Source: Octopus bimaculoides (lineage: Eukaryota). From it: a DNA stretch of 64,000 nt. The stretch spans positions 34,724,016-34,788,015 of the forward strand of contig NC_069005.1 of the NCBI RefSeq assembly GCF_001194135.2, given 5' to 3'. Shown in pieces: positions 37,760 through 52,800 of the stretch (position 1 is the first letter of the stretch; every line of letters starts with the position of its first letter). A program made the position numbers and the translations under genes. Under the pieces are notes generated by a model. That model worked only from the letters and a program-made list of their open reading frames with translations. It was not told the origin of the DNA and made no database searches.

Positions 37760-38720
37760 CAGAGTATTTAAAAAAAAAAAGCATTATCTAATTTTAATCT
37801 CTTAATTGTTAAATAAATACAGAACCTTTCATAAATATTTCTTTTGTTAAACCTGTACAGCTTCAGCAATTACTGTTGCTATGGAAATACTCTAAGTATT
37901 TATAAACATCTTTATTTCATCCTGTTTTCACTGAAGAAATCATTGTATCAGATTTATAAATATAACTGAATCGTATAAATATTTCTGGAGAATTTGTATT
38001 GGTAGCTGTCTAGACACACACATGCACGCATAGAAATAAATGTATGTATGTATGTATGTATGTACGTACATATATGCCTGCATACACAAAAAGGATTCTT
38101 TTATAGGGAGCCAAAAGAAGATTCTAGAAAACTGAATCACGTGATGGCTTGGTGCTGATTGTTTGCTTAATAGACAGATCTTGTGGAACTTGGGGTTTGC
38201 TTGTGATATCTGACCATATATTCAGAGATTTGGTTATGAATCCCTGCTACAACTTTGCACATGGTTAGGATTGCAGTTCATTGAATATAACATTGTGGTC
38301 AATCTGCAGCCATATGGGATATGATGGACAGTTGACATTAAAATAACATTAACAGAAATCTAAATAAACAATATCAATAGCTCAACATTTTAAAGATAAA
38401 CACAGTCTACTGAGACCTTAAGTGTTTTGATTGTAAGATTAAAAGTAGACAATTTCAAACAGTTACCACTTAAAAACATTTAAGCCATTAAACAGGTCAT
38501 TGAAAATGTTTTAATTAAAAGATCCAAGAAAAAAAAAATAGAAAAAAAATTGAAAATTCTAAAATGGAATCAATACAATAAAATGTTAAGTTTGCAAATA
38601 AGAAATTGAAATAAAAATAGCATTTTCTTAATGAGAAACAATTAAAGATAACAGCAAAATAAAGAATAAGCGTTTAGCGGTAACTGTCTGGTAAATTACT
38701 GATAGACTTTGTTTGGGTGA

Positions 38721-38757
<37 letters not shown>

Positions 38758-39964
38758 TGCACGCAAACTCAAGCACACACTGACAGAAAAATCAGACCAA
38801 CGACCATGCAGACAGACTGTTGTATTTTCTCTCATAGTTTATCATTGCTGTCTTATTGTTTTGGGTCAAGAATATCAAAGAGATGCCACTAGAACAATGT
38901 CGGTAGATAATCACTAATCTACATAAAAACATAATACTTTAGTACTAATGACTGTTAATTATTGCTAGTTGTAAACTATAGATAGAAAATACAGGGAAGA
39001 TCTACTGGTGATGTAAATAATGAGATGCAGCTTCCTACAAACTGTATAATGGAAAGATGTCTAGAAAACTAGTTGTGATGTGGTGGTGTTCAATCAGATT
39101 TAGCTTCCAGAAAACCCAAAGTGCACATAAATATAGGGGTTTAGCTGCATTCAGGGTTAATTCAATGAGATATAACTGCCTCCAGTGATTACATTAGTTT
39201 ATCAAACCTATTAGAGAACCTCTCCATGGGTGCTCACCCTGCTAGAAACAACTACTTTTAGTGCCAGTCTCAATCAATCCATTGTTTTATATCTTTGTAT
39301 TTGACATTTTGACTCCTGAGAAAGCAGATTATTATTATTATTATTATTATTCAAAAGAGTGGTCAGTGCTATATCTGATCATCTAAGAGAATCCCCAATT
39401 TCATTCCTTTTGGACATTAAAGCTGCCATGCAATGTTCAAAAGCTGACATTGAAAGAAAGTCTACACTCTTACAATTACCTGAGTTTTATCTATTCTTAG
39501 TGAAAAAATAAACTGCAAAGCAACCTCAGAAAAGAGAGAAGCCATATTCAGTAGTTATCGTTTCATTCCCAAACAGTCACAGAGAAAGACACACTACAAC
39601 ATCTGGATTGTAAAAGAGATTTTGAACATTGGTGCAATATTAAATGAAAATTAACATTTCAAGGAGTAGAATCCTATTAGTCTCCAGATTAATTAAATAT
39701 GGAACTGTCTTTTTATTATGTAGTTATCTAATTTGTCATTTAACTATTTTATTTGACAATCAGCCATGTATTAGCCATGGGCATGTCTAATATACCATGT
39801 GACCACCTATTAACACTGGCTGCACTTTAACTGCTCTGGCAACATCCATTCTTCCACCTTTACAAAGAATGATGGTTATCAACATCATCATCATCATCAA
39901 TTATGGTTAATAAACTTAGCAGATAAAATCAAATGAAAAAGTTATCCACACAAAAAGGAGGGGG

Positions 39965-40290
39965 AATTTGTTTATGATGGAGAAAGGGTGTGTTTTGTGG
40001 GGGAGGAGGAGGAGACGGTACATTTGCAGAAGTAGGAGATATGTATATGTGGAAGGAGGAGGTAAGTTTGAAAGGTGCAAGGAAGTATGTGAAGTGGAGG
40101 GGGAGTATTTATGTGGGAGAAGGTATGTTTGTAGATGTAAGAGATATGTTTATGCAGATGGCTGGGTGTGTTTATGTGTAGGAGGAGGAGGAGCCATGTT
40201 TATGTGGAAGAAGAGACATGTTTATGTAGGGGAGGAGCCATGTATGTGTGGGGAGGAGGAGGAGATATATCTATGAGGAGTAGATACATA
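39965..40290. repeat. Degenerate purine-rich minisatellite (ATGTTTATGT..GGAGGAGGAG-like units)
   Basis: Roughly eight imperfect units visible by eye. Confidence 0.7.
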
Positions 40291-41335
40291 CAGGTTTATG
40301 TGGTGCATATGTGGTGTGTGTGTGTGTGTGAGAAGTAATTATGTTTATGAAGAGGTGTGTGTGTGTGTGCGCACATGTGCACACTAGAAATATGTCCGAG
40401 AAAGGTATTTGGAACAGAGGTGGTGTTGCATTTGCACATGTCATCTCTCTGTGTCTCAGTCTGCACATGGAAAGGTTGTGTGCATGTTGTATGTTTGACT
40501 GCAATTTCCTAAATTATCTGTTATAAGTTACTAATGACCCTCTGGTATTACTGGTAGAGCCTACAGAGATGAAACATCATGCTAGCCCTTGCCATATTCG
40601 AACCAGACTGTGCAAGACTTTTACAAATGATTGGACTAAAGTGTACCTGATAATAATTACGGTTGTTTCCTTGATACAAAGGGTCAGTAAGTGTAGTAGG
40701 CACATTAAGGACATAGTCACTTTGGTGACAGTTGAAGCAGGTAGTGGTCACCCTTTCATGAATACTAGGGGCTGAGATAGATTGGGTCAGGACTTAACAC
40801 TCACTCCTGAAGCTTTATGCAGGTGAGAGAGAGAACTTTCTCTCCTCTTCCCAGATAGGGCACCAATCTACCAAAGATACATATCACAATGTACCAACCC
40901 CAACATCATTACTGCACCACTGTTGCTAATCAGTCTACTAATGTTTTTGTAATATAGTTGACCTTGGGCCAAGAAGCAACACTTTATCACTGAAGGGTTA
41001 GTACCAACAGCATACTAAGTAGCCAGCTTTCTTATCTTCACCACTTGATTCTTCTAAATAACTCAATGATTGCAAGTAATTTCAGCTTTATTATTGAAGC
41101 TTCACAGATATCTGCTTCTCAACCTTTTCTCACTTCTGTATGCATGCGTATGTATGTGTTTATAGGTCTATATATATGCTTGCATAAGTGTTTACATATG
41201 TTTGTAACTGTGTATGTGCACACATGAGTATCTTTGTGAATTTACATCAGGTATATATGGCTTAGTTTACACATACATATACAATGCTAGATAGTCAATT
41301 ATATGTACATAAATATATTACACATACACACACAC

Positions 41336-41389
<54 letters not shown>

Positions 41390-42999
41390 AGAGAGAGATG
41401 AGAGAAAGACACAGTGCCACAGTGCCACACAAATACACAAGTTGAGTTTTAATATATTCAGCTCCATGATCAGACTAACTATTAAAATATTTAGTAAAGA
41501 CTGCAAGAGGGTGGGAATAATCAGCTGTTATATAGAACACCTCTCAAATTCAATACCCTAAAAGTGCCTGTCACATTGGTCTTCATGTGATTTAATTCTA
41601 AAACTGAGGTCTTCTATTTTTCTTCTTCAACAGAAAGTAAATACAAATTTTTAGCCACTACCACCACTAATATTACTACTGCCGCTGCTACTACTACTGT
41701 TGCTGCTACTACTACTGCTGAAGATGGACAGTACATTGTCTGAGAGTGCAGGTGTGTATATATGAATAATAATTAATTTATAAATGTATGCAGGTGACTG
41801 TGTGTGTGGATGTATGTATACATCCTATAAAGCCATGAGATGGATTTAAATATATTCACACACATTCCTATATACTATATGTGTGTATGTAACTACATAC
41901 ATTAACATATACGTGTGTGTGTGTGTGTATGCGTATTTATAAACATGAAATGTAGGAAGATGTAAGCAGACCTGAGAGAATGCTGGGAAACAGATAACAT
42001 TAAATGTCTATATACAAACAGTAAATTGAGATAATACACACATGTATAAACAACAACAATTAAAAAAAAAAACCAAGTAAGAAAAATCTAGAAGATTAAT
42101 TGGTAAATGTAAGAAGAGAATAAAGAAAGAAAGCAAGAAAAGTGGTGGAAGGTTGTAGCGTGTCAGGAGAGATATAAGTTACAGCAAAGTGCAAAAATGA
42201 ATTACAAAATGGACTTTGAAAACGTAAAATAAAGGTGGTTTATTCGGTCTTGAAACATAAAGATGGGAAGACAACATCAAAGGAGGGACTGATGGATCTC
42301 ATTTCCTATAGAAACACTTATGGTCAGAGAGAGAGAGAGACTTCACATGAAAACACACACACATGTTGAATAAACAAAGTAAATAAATATAAATTCAAAA
42401 AATGGTTTGGTTTTGAAGGATGAAATATATATAAGTTTGTAATATTTTAAATAATTGTCTACTGGTGCATACTGAAATGGCATATATGCGGATCTGAGTA
42501 CACACACACACACATGATAATTCATACAAATACATATACACACTAATGCTCAAAGAGACATAAATAGACATAAAACCACTAAAAAAAAATAAAATAAAAC
42601 ACGCACACAGACGCGTGCGTGCACACACATAACTGCAACATTCCAGTGTGTGATCAATGTCAATTGAAACAAATGAGTTTTTCCCAAGTTGTGGAATCAA
42701 GCAAGATCAGTGTGAAATAATGAACTTGTCAACTGTTCTGACCTTTGTTCTTTGCGTTTACCTTGAAACTGTGGTCCACTGGCCTCTTACCTTGTCTACA
42801 CCAGTCAGTGTAGGCGGAACCACACAACAAGAAATATTTCCATTGTTTTACAAAACAGCATAAGGATTATATCAGGCAGTTGTAGTGGTGGAAGCACTCA
42901 ATAACAGTGCAGTGCCATGCTAAGGCTGATGTTCTTTATTAGTCTTCTAATTGGGGAGAAAATACTAAATATCAGTAACAGTTTAGTCCAATCATAACA

Positions 43000-43370
43000 C
43001 AGGCATGGAATTGTGGTTAAGAAGTTTGCTTCCCAACCATAGTACCTTGGGCAAATGTCTACCACTATATTGCCCTGGGTCAACCAAAGCCTTGTGAGTG
43101 GGTTTGATAGATGGAAACTGAAACAAACTCAGTGTTTGTGTGCTTGCACACACATGTATGTGTGTGTCTCTTTTTCTCTGTATTTGTCCCCCACTGCTGC
43201 TTGACAATTGGTGTAAGTGTATTTATGGCCCCATAACTTAGTGGTTTGACAAAAGATACCAATAGAATAAATAATGACTTTAAAAAAAAAAGTGCTGGTG
43301 CTGACTAAAAATTCTACAAGGTGGTGCTCCAGCAAGTCTAATGACTGAAACAAGTAAAAGATAAAGGATA
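43000..43370 (+). mobile_element. Family-A SINE, internally deleted head, long 3' body
   Basis: GGCATGGAATTGTGGTTAAGAAGTTTGCTTCCCAACC...TGATAGATGGAAACTGAA...GACTGAAACAAGTAAAAG. Confidence 0.75.
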
Positions 43371-45751
43371 TCTATACTTGTATTTCAACAGCAATTAATG
43401 GATTTTGTTGAGAACTTTAAATAAAAATGCATTAAAATCTGGGGGGGTTTTTTGCAGCTTACAGAAACAAAGATACCCTTTCCTTTGACTTACATGTGTA
43501 TTAGGAAGATTTGGGTTGTAGTAGCAGTAGTTGTAGTATTTTGAGAGGTGAAGAAGCTGATGTTACTATGGATAACATCAGAGGTGTTTTCTCTAAGTTC
43601 TAAAATGGTTCTTATGTTCAACTGATCTCTTTATACTAACAATTTACTCTGTTGAGAGGGCAGAGCACTTTCATACGACAGATACACATTAGTGGCTGAG
43701 AAGCCTTTACAGTCAGTTCCCTAGCCTCAAACCATCCAAATCTGGTTTGTAGTTTATAATGTTCTTGTAATTATCTTAAAACCTGGGTGTGTACTCACAA
43801 TAACATTTGTGTATCATTATTTCTCTGTTTACGTACATCATGTTCATAAAATACAACAAATATATATAAACAAAATGATTTATATACTTAGGTGTATATA
43901 CTCACACACACACACACACATACATATACATATACATATACACATACATGTGTGTGTGTGTGTGAGTGGCTGTTGTTGTGTTTCAAGATGGCCCAATCTG
44001 CACAAGAATGTGTGCACTTGTATTGATGTGTTATGTTAAATGTTTATATCTTAATTGGTGAGTATATAAATGTGTGTGTGTGTGTACACACATATATATA
44101 CACACGTATACACATACAAACATACACACACACATGTGCATATATGTGTGTGTGTGTGTGGGTGTGTGTATCTGTGAGGTCAGGAAAATCTTGCTACTGG
44201 TACCACATAACGCAGTATTACTATTTCTTGGTCAGATGGTTGGCAATTAAACTGGGTACCCTCACCTGGCTTGCTAGGTGAGGAGGGTGTTGTGGACATA
44301 CTGCAGGACGAAAAACATGACTTGTCAAAGGACAACTGAGCTCATTGTGAGCCAAGGGCCAGCCAAATGAATGGTGACACAAAAACATCCTACAGATGGG
44401 GCTGTCAAACTGTGCAGCTATTCCATGACTGTAGACATGAAAACTCCTAACAAAGACATTCTATGTTCTTGAGTTGAAGTAAATGTGCCAAAAGTGATTT
44501 GTTGTAGAGTGAGAAAACATGAAAAAGTGGACAGGAAAATACCATCATCAGCTTTGTTTTAACAGCCACCTTTCCATGCTTGCATGGGTCAGACAAAATT
44601 CATTGAGGAAGAATCTCTACAACCAGATGCTCTACCTGTAGCTATCCTTTACCTATTTCTGTGTGAAGTAACACTTCCTCTAGTTCTTTAAACACAAACA
44701 TCCAACGGCCAGACATGTTTTTACAGAAGATTGCAAATGAATGTCACTACTTGAACAATGGTAGCATTTGCTTACAACTATCGCACCATTTCAAGATAAG
44801 GAAACATGAACATACATACACAAACACGTGTGTGCATGTATGTATATATATTTACACACACACTGTTCAGTGAGTGTTTCTGTGCATTTGTATATGAATG
44901 CCTACATTCATATATAAATAAATATCAATGACTGTATGTGTGTGTGTGTACATGTAGATGTAAGTGAATGTGTGTGCAGATGTATATGCACACACATGTA
45001 CTTCTGTTTATATAAGAGACTGTCAATGAATGTGTGTATGTGTGTGTGTGTGTGTGCGTGTGCATAACAACTTGTATATATACATGTGTTCATGTTAAAC
45101 AAGTCTATATGAGTGTGTGTGTGTGTGTGTCTCAACTCGAATGTTGTTTATGTTTGTATTTGTGTATGCGTATGCATCAAACAAATGGCTATTTACAAAT
45201 CCATTAAGAGACCAAAGTGTTGAAGAAGTCGAAATGCTGCCAAAAACCAGGATCAGTATGATGAGGGAGGGGCGGAGTAGGAGGGCTATGAAGGAAGAAA
45301 TATCTGTATAATTAGATTAGTTAAATATAAGCAGTGTTAATGTTGGTCGGCGGCGGGCAAACTGACACACAGACAGACAGGCTAGACACTCAAAGGAGAA
45401 GACAAACTGACAACTGTGTAATGCTATCTTAAAAACTGATTGGTTTAATTTGGGACAAACTACCACACAGTCACATGGTGCTGGGGTGGGTTATAGAAGT
45501 AGTGGAGAGGTACTTTCCTCCTTCGCTCCCCCTCTAAACCATCCTCAATTTGGTTTGTAAAATTGAATCTATATAAGACCAACTGGTTTAGATTCTGTTT
45601 GTTTGCTTTGTCATCACCACTTGTACTATTGCCATTACGACCCCACCACGACTTCCATCGTTAGGAGGGTGGTGCAGAGAATGGGTTAAAGATATAAACA
45701 TATAACATTGACAACTGCCATCTCCTTATTAGCTTTAATTGTGTGTGTGTG

Positions 45752-45783
<32 letters not shown>

Positions 45784-45941
45784 CATATGGCCGGGATGTT
45801 GACAACTCCACCCTGAGCTTCATATGCAGATATTGTATACGCATACAACTTAGCTGTCAAATGGTGGATCCAGTTTAATAAATGCAAAACCATACATACA
45901 CACATGCATGCACACATACATACATGCACACATACATACAT

Positions 45942-45974
<33 letters not shown>

Positions 45975-47047
45975 TTCAAACATTTTTTTTTTGCTTTCCA
46001 TACTAGCTGGACAGCAACATATCTCAGCTTCTTGTCGTCAGATGCCGTTTCTCTTATCAACTCAAGTAAGGAACTTTTATTATTCCACTGATCTTCAAAA
46101 GCGCAATAAGATTGGTCAGAATGTTGGTAAGGAAAGTAAACCTCACATCACCATTTCATTCAGAGGAGGGGAGAAGTAGAGCCATGGAATGCCAGCACTA
46201 GTACACGTACACACACACACATGAGCATGTGTATATATAAGTGTGTGTGTGTGAATTCTTGTATGTATATGCACAAGTATATGAAACCTGTCGATGAACT
46301 GAAGCCTGTAGAATTTAGTACCTTACCCAGATATGTAAGAAAATGTTTGCAGTGAATTTGAACTTGAAACCTTTAAACTGGCGCTATCATGGTTGAAACA
46401 CTCTTCCATTTTACATGGGCAGTATTTCCACATCTATTTCCACTGAGATACAATAATTCTTATGTTTAGTCACTTCACATTTCTCTCTTACTCTCTGCTA
46501 CTACTCTCCACACAACATTCTTAGTCTCTAAAACTGTTCAACCATTTCACATTCTATAGAAATGGAATTTGGTCATTTCTGGATAGGTACAGTAGTTTCT
46601 GTTGAAAGGCCCTAGAGATGTGAGAATTATTGCCATCATGCTGTTAAATTTATTGAAATATTTGCCTTACATTAAATATATTTTTATTAAATTCTTAAAG
46701 TTCTCTTGTAAAATATACTTATTATTACCCAGCTATTTCTGCTTGCCATATTTCAGAGTCCACTTATTACAGATTTAATAATGATGTGTTTGTGTATGTG
46801 GTTTGAATTCAACTATGGGCATGTTTAGCAAAAGAACAATTGTATTTATAAATAATGTGTGTACTTGTGTGTATGTAGAGTAATGTGTATACCTACACAG
46901 ATGTGCGTATATATTTGTGTGCGTGTGTTTGTTAATGCACACAATAGAGTGTATACAAGCATATGTATGTGTTTATACTAGCAATGTGTGTTATATGTGT
47001 GTTGTGTGTAACTACATTTATAAGATTTTGCAAGAAGCCAAACTTAC

Positions 47048-47067
47048 TCAAGATAGCTACTGGTAAA
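47048..47067 (-). other. Candidate 20-nt 5' micro-exon of SPATA22
   Basis: cttcttttcacag|TTTACCAGTAGCTATCTTGA|GTAAGT; strong sites at both ends, but no transcript evidence. Confidence 0.4.
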
Positions 47068-48369
47068 CTGTGAAAAGAAGCCCTCTACATACACATGTAT
47101 ATATGAACTTATCTTGTGACATGAAATGAAGATAGTTTACATAAGTAAAGAATTTAGATTTCAAGGATAATGTAATTCCTTGCAGTCTATCCCTCTCTCC
47201 AATTTTGTTCTTATTTACAAATGTTCTCTTTCCAGAAACTACAAATGGAATAGTTTCTGGTAACAAAAATAGCTGCAGAAGATCTCTATTCCAAGTTTAT
47301 GCAATAAACAGAAGTACTTCACTATCTGATTTTCACCAGCTGAGGTTGCAATATGGTGAATTAATCCTTTAGACTTTAAACCGACCATATCTGGCCCAAA
47401 TATTCTACTTGTTTTATGTTCAAACCAGCCAGATCTGGCTTCTCCATCTACCCTACAATGTCATTATAAATGCAAACCATCACATCATCAAAATCTGAAA
47501 ACTAAAAAACAATGCATGCTTAATTTAAAACAATATTAATGAATGTGCATTTGACAGAGTGATCTGAATGCTAAAGAGCTAAACCAAACACACACACACA
47601 ATATACTACAAGTTATATTAATAGTGTAAAATTAATATTAATTCTAATCCCAAATTTCATTAAATCAACATTTCTGATTGTCCTGTAATCATTCATTTTC
47701 ATTAGTTTCCCCGTTTGATGTTTTAATAAACATATATTGTTATTGTTCACAGAACATGCGTGACCTGCTAGATTTGGTATAATTATGAGTTCGTTGAAAT
47801 GGATTTATAATAAATATCTTTAAATGAGATCTTTGATAATGTAATGCTTAATGGTGGCTTTAGAATATAATATATTTATGCTGCCATATATGATTTTGAC
47901 CTGATAAACTACATAACTTCTCGTGTCGTGTCTTCCAACCTCCCACCCATTCTGTCAGTAAATTAAACAGTGTGTCACTGGACGGATTTAAATCTATCCA
48001 TGATTGTGCTTTATTTAACTTACAGCATTAGAATGCCACCAATAGATTATGTTGTTAACACCTCCTTGCATTTTTTGCAAAATCAGAATTTATTGTCAGC
48101 TAACAATAGAATCTAATGATGTATCAGCTATATTCATCAACAGGTTTCTTCTAAAGAACATTCTGAAATGAAAACTTGATTCTCCTAACATTGGAGCCAT
48201 TTCTATGAAAAATGGAAGCATTCAATCTTTCCTGGTTTAGATAATAAAACAGGAGATGGGGAAGAAGATATTCTATAGTTATTTCTATACATTTGGTGCC
48301 ATGAGAAACCACAGCTTGTTAGTTCAGAGAAGTAAGAATTATTGTAATAGTTCTTTTATTTTTTATTGT

Positions 48370-48760
48370 TTGTTTCAGTCAGACTGCAGCCATGAAGAAT
48401 TTTAGTCAAACAAATTGACCCCCAGCACTTATTTAAGTTTTAAGCCTGATGCTTTATTATATCGGTCTCTTTTGCAGAACTGCTAAGTTACTGGGACATA
48501 ATCACATCAATACCAGCCGTCAAGCAGTGATGGGAGACAAACAGACAGAAACACACACATTTATTTATATGTGTATGTGTGTGTATACGTATATATGACA
48601 GGCTTCTTTCAGTCTCTGTCTACCAAATCCACCCAGATGGCTTTGATTGGCCTAAGGCTATAGTAGAAGACACTTGCCCAAGGTGCCACGCAGTGGGACT
48701 GAACCCGGAATCATGTTTTTGGGAAACAAACTTCTTACAACACAGCCATGCCGATGCCTA
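48370..48760 (-). mobile_element. Family-A SINE, near full length
   Basis: Contains GGTGCCACGCAGTGGGACTGAACCCGGAA...CACAGCCATGCC; collinear with the other copies. Confidence 0.8.
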
Positions 48761-49251
48761 GCCAAGCCTAGAGGCAATAAATAAAAACGATAAAAAACCT
48801 ATAATGGATACAATATGTATTACTAAGTATTGTCCTATATAATACATTAAATATTGTAGTCCTAGGTACACCGTGTCTGAATAAATGGAAGATGGTACGG
48901 TTGGAAGGTCTTTAATCATAAATTTACCGAAACAAAAATGTCCTGGGACTAAGCGACAATGAAAAAAATCCTCCAGTTTAATAACTGACACAGTTTATGT
49001 GTTTAAATACGTAAAAATTGGCAACGTTTAAGAAACCTGCTTTGGCGACATTATTACAAATTTATTTTGGACGAATAAAAACTATTTTGGTCTTTTGTGT
49101 GTTAGAAAATGATTAAAGATTGCAAATACGAGTGTTATAAAACTGTATCAATAAAATAGAGCAGATAAATATCAATAATATCAATAATATCAATATAATT
49201 ACCAATTAATTGTGTCCACAGTCCGTCTGTTTTGAACAATCATCGATTTAC

Positions 49252-49800
49252 CAGACAACAGAAATGCTCGTACATTTCCGTCTATTTCCGTACATTTCTT
49301 GAAAAACCGGGTCCTTTTTTCCACCCCTATTTTTCTTCTTTTGTCTCTCATAAATTAAGCAGTTTTTCTTTTTTATTGTTACCAGCACTTTTTATTCATT
49401 TTTTTTTATTTATCAAAAATATATTATTTTGTTGCCAAAACTTTGAATACAATCTATTGGTTCCGAAATTTTAGCAACGTTTGATATAATGTCATTGACC
49501 AAACAATTAATCTTGTTAATTCACAAATTGAGCAATTAACCAAATTATTTTTCCTAATATATTCCCAACAGGATAATCTCCAACTATTTTTGTTTTGCTT
49601 TAAATAAATAAATTTTTGTCTAAAATAAAAAATAAAACGAAAATTAAGGAATGTTTGCAATAACTGAAGGCCATAGAAATGTCGATAGAGAAGCAAGTCT
49701 TCTGCCGAAAGTAAAACGAGGAACTATAAATATTCTGCTGGTTATCTTGTCTTCATTCGCCTTGATTGAAGAAGAAAATAAAATAAAAACAGAAATTCAT
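49252..49800. promoter_or_regulatory. CpG-enriched promoter-like region; candidate SPATA22 first exon ends at 49252 on -
   Basis: CpG density visibly above the flanks; two CGGAAAT motifs on -; minus-strand donor CTG|GTAAAT at 49251. Confidence 0.4.
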
Positions 49801-52800
49801 GGTAGATTTTTTTAAAGTTGGAAATTTAAGGAAAGAGAAGCGAAAAGGCTGAAAAGAATTTAAGATCAGTTTCAAATTTTGGCACAAGGCCAGCAATTTC
49901 AGAAGTGGGGGCTCAGTTGATTATATCGACCCAGTGTTCAACTGGTACTTAATTTATCGACCCGGAAAGGATGAAAATGGTTTAATATTGATGAACGGGA
50001 AGTCATTTTCCTTACTTTGAGACTTTGGGTTTTTCTAGGAGCATAAGGCAACATTGATTATATTTGGGGATCACATAATTAGCTTTCATGTCTGACTCAA
50101 CACTGGAAAAGTCTGTTAATAAAATGGTCTTCACGAAACAAACATTGGTTAATCAATATCACGTCTATTCTATTATAATAATTCCATTCACATTTACAAT
50201 GCTTTATAGGAATATTAAATCGATCCAGTACATCATTGGTATTTTATTTTATCGACTACGGAAGAACAAAAAAGTAACGTTGACCTCAGCGGGATTTGAA
50301 CTCAGAACATTAAAGGCCACCGCTAAACTCCACATGAATTTTGTCTCCGAATACATCGCCTTCAAGACATTTTGGTTGCTCTCTGGCGATCTTATAGATC
50401 GACTACTTCTTATTTCTGTAAAATAAACCACCTATTAAGAACTTGTAGTCAATTCGATCAATTCTGTCCTTTCCTCAAAGTCTGTGATTCTGTGATAATA
50501 AAGTTAGACATTTCTTTTATTGATTAATTTTAATTTAATGTAAGAAAAATCTGTAAATTGGAAGAGAAATATCTGAAACATACAATGGAAGGAAAGTTTC
50601 AGAATTAAACAACGGCCTTTTTACACGTCCATGTACACGCACACACACACACACGTACGCACGCGTGCACACACACACACGACAAATGCTCGTTATTTGA
50701 ACTCTTTATTTCTGCGATCTTTTAAATGTTGGACATTTAAGATAGCAGACAGTCAGCCAAACTACACGCTAGTTAAACGTTTAATAATCGATAATGCGTA
50801 AAATGTTCGATCGATTTTTTTAAATTAGTGAAATATTATAATTTTAATATTGGAATTTCAACCATGTTTTGTGGTCTGCTACCAGCTCNNNNNNNNNNNN
50901 NNNNNNNNNNNNNNNNNNNNNNNNNNNNNNNNNNNNNNNNNNNNNNNNNNNNNNNNNNNNNNNNNNNNNNNNNNNNNNNNNNNNNNNNNNNNNNNNNNNN
51001 NNNNNNNNNNNNNNNNNNNNNNNNNNNNNNNNNNNNNNNNNNNGTACACGCACACACACACACACGTACGCACGCGTGCACACACACACACGACAAATGC
51101 TCGTTATTTGAACTCTTTATTTCTGCGATCTTTTAAATGTTGGACATTTAAGATAGCAGACAGTCAGCCAAACTACACGCTAGTTAAACGTTTAATAATC
51201 GATAATGCGTAAAATGTTCGATCGATTTTTTTAAATTAGTGAAATATTATAATTTTAATATTAAATATAATAATTATTTCCATAATTAGGACAACTACAC
51301 TATTGGACCATCGATTTAGTTTGATTTCATTTTTAAATACTTTAATATGAAGAAATTCTCTTTAATGGAAAACTTAATAAAAGTGATCTGTATTAAAAAC
51401 AGAATCCAGCATAGACCAAACGAGGGAATCCCTTATGGTCCCTGATAAAAAGTACCCAAATGACCAAACGTAAAATGGTAAAAGCCTATACCGTGTTTGA
51501 TCTTGTGGTTGGTTAGCTCCGTCAAAGGCAACCCAGCTAGAGCCATTTCACAAGTTTTCATAAACAGAATATAGAGAACTACATTTCTAGAGTATGGTAG
51601 AATACGACTTGACGGATATTTGACTGCTATTTCTAGCGGGTTAAGCAACGACACGGATGTTCCCTTGTAGCATTGGATTTGAACTCCCGTTTTGCCACAT
51701 ACGAATTTCAAATCACAATTTAATCACAGTTTGATTATATGCGTAACTGAGATCTTGTCCAATGAATGGCTATTGTTCACATGATAGTTTTTCAGCCCAT
51801 CTGGAACTTACCGTGAGCCCAGCCTATAAAAACAGTCAATAAACGCACCAAATTCAGAGTGTCTTGGACCCAGTGTCAAATTTCTCTCTCTAGCTGTTTT
51901 AACGGCTGCATATTCAATAGAGGATATTGAAGAAGAAGAAGACATGGCACAGAACTTGTGTAATATATTAAAAACAGCCCAAGTGTTAAACTTTGAATAG
52001 GCATTTTACTTGTATGCCATATTATGCTGTTTCTACCATACTACTTCAATATATATTGATTGTAATGCATGGACATCGTTTCATACAAATACAGCACAAT
52101 AAATTATGTTCAAACATTTGTGCGATGTTGTGAAATTACTGCAGGTACACAATCCTTTATCCAGAACCCTTGGAGACAGTTGTGTTCTTAATTTTCGGAT
52201 TTTAGGGGATTTCAGAGTAAAAGCCAACTCCCCCAGATTGTAAACGAGACATCAATTTATATCTAATTGCAAGGTAGCGCTCTGGTAGAATCATTAACAG
52301 GTCAGATAAAATATTTAACAGCATTTCTTCCAGCTCTTTGCATTCTGAGTTCAAACTCCCTTGAGGTCGACTTTGCCTTTTATCCTTTCAAAGTCGATAA
52401 ATCAGGAATTGAAGTAGTCAATTTTACTCACTCCCTTAAAATTGCTAGCTTTATCCCAAACTTATAAAGAATTAATATTTAATGATGTTACTTTGAATAA
52501 TTTAAATGCAGGNNNNNNNNNNNNNNNNNNNNNNNNNNNNNNNNNNNNNNNNNNNNNNNNNNNNNNNNNNNNNNNNNNNNNNNNNNNNNNNNNNNNNNNN
52601 NNNNNNNNNNNNNNNNNNNNNNNNNNNNNNNNNNNNNNNNNNNNNNNNNNNNNNNNNNNNNNNNNNNNNNNNNNNNNNNNNNNNNNNNNNNNNNNNNNNN
52701 NNNNNNNNNNNNNNNNNNNNNNNNNNNNNNNNNNNNNNNNNNNNNNNNNNNNNNNNNNNNNNNNNNNNNNNNNNNNNNNNNNNNNNNNNNNNNNNNNNNN

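Noticed and set aside
47048-47067. CLPVAIL resembling human SPATA22 CLPVPLF
   Set aside because: The true counterpart of that motif (PPAPFFNSRKR) is in exon 30453-30546, so the resemblance is probably coincidental.
50634-51262. About 218-bp identical direct repeat on either side of an N-gap
   Set aside because: The copies abut the gap at 50889-51043 and are identical, which is typical of unmerged contig overlap (assembly artefact).
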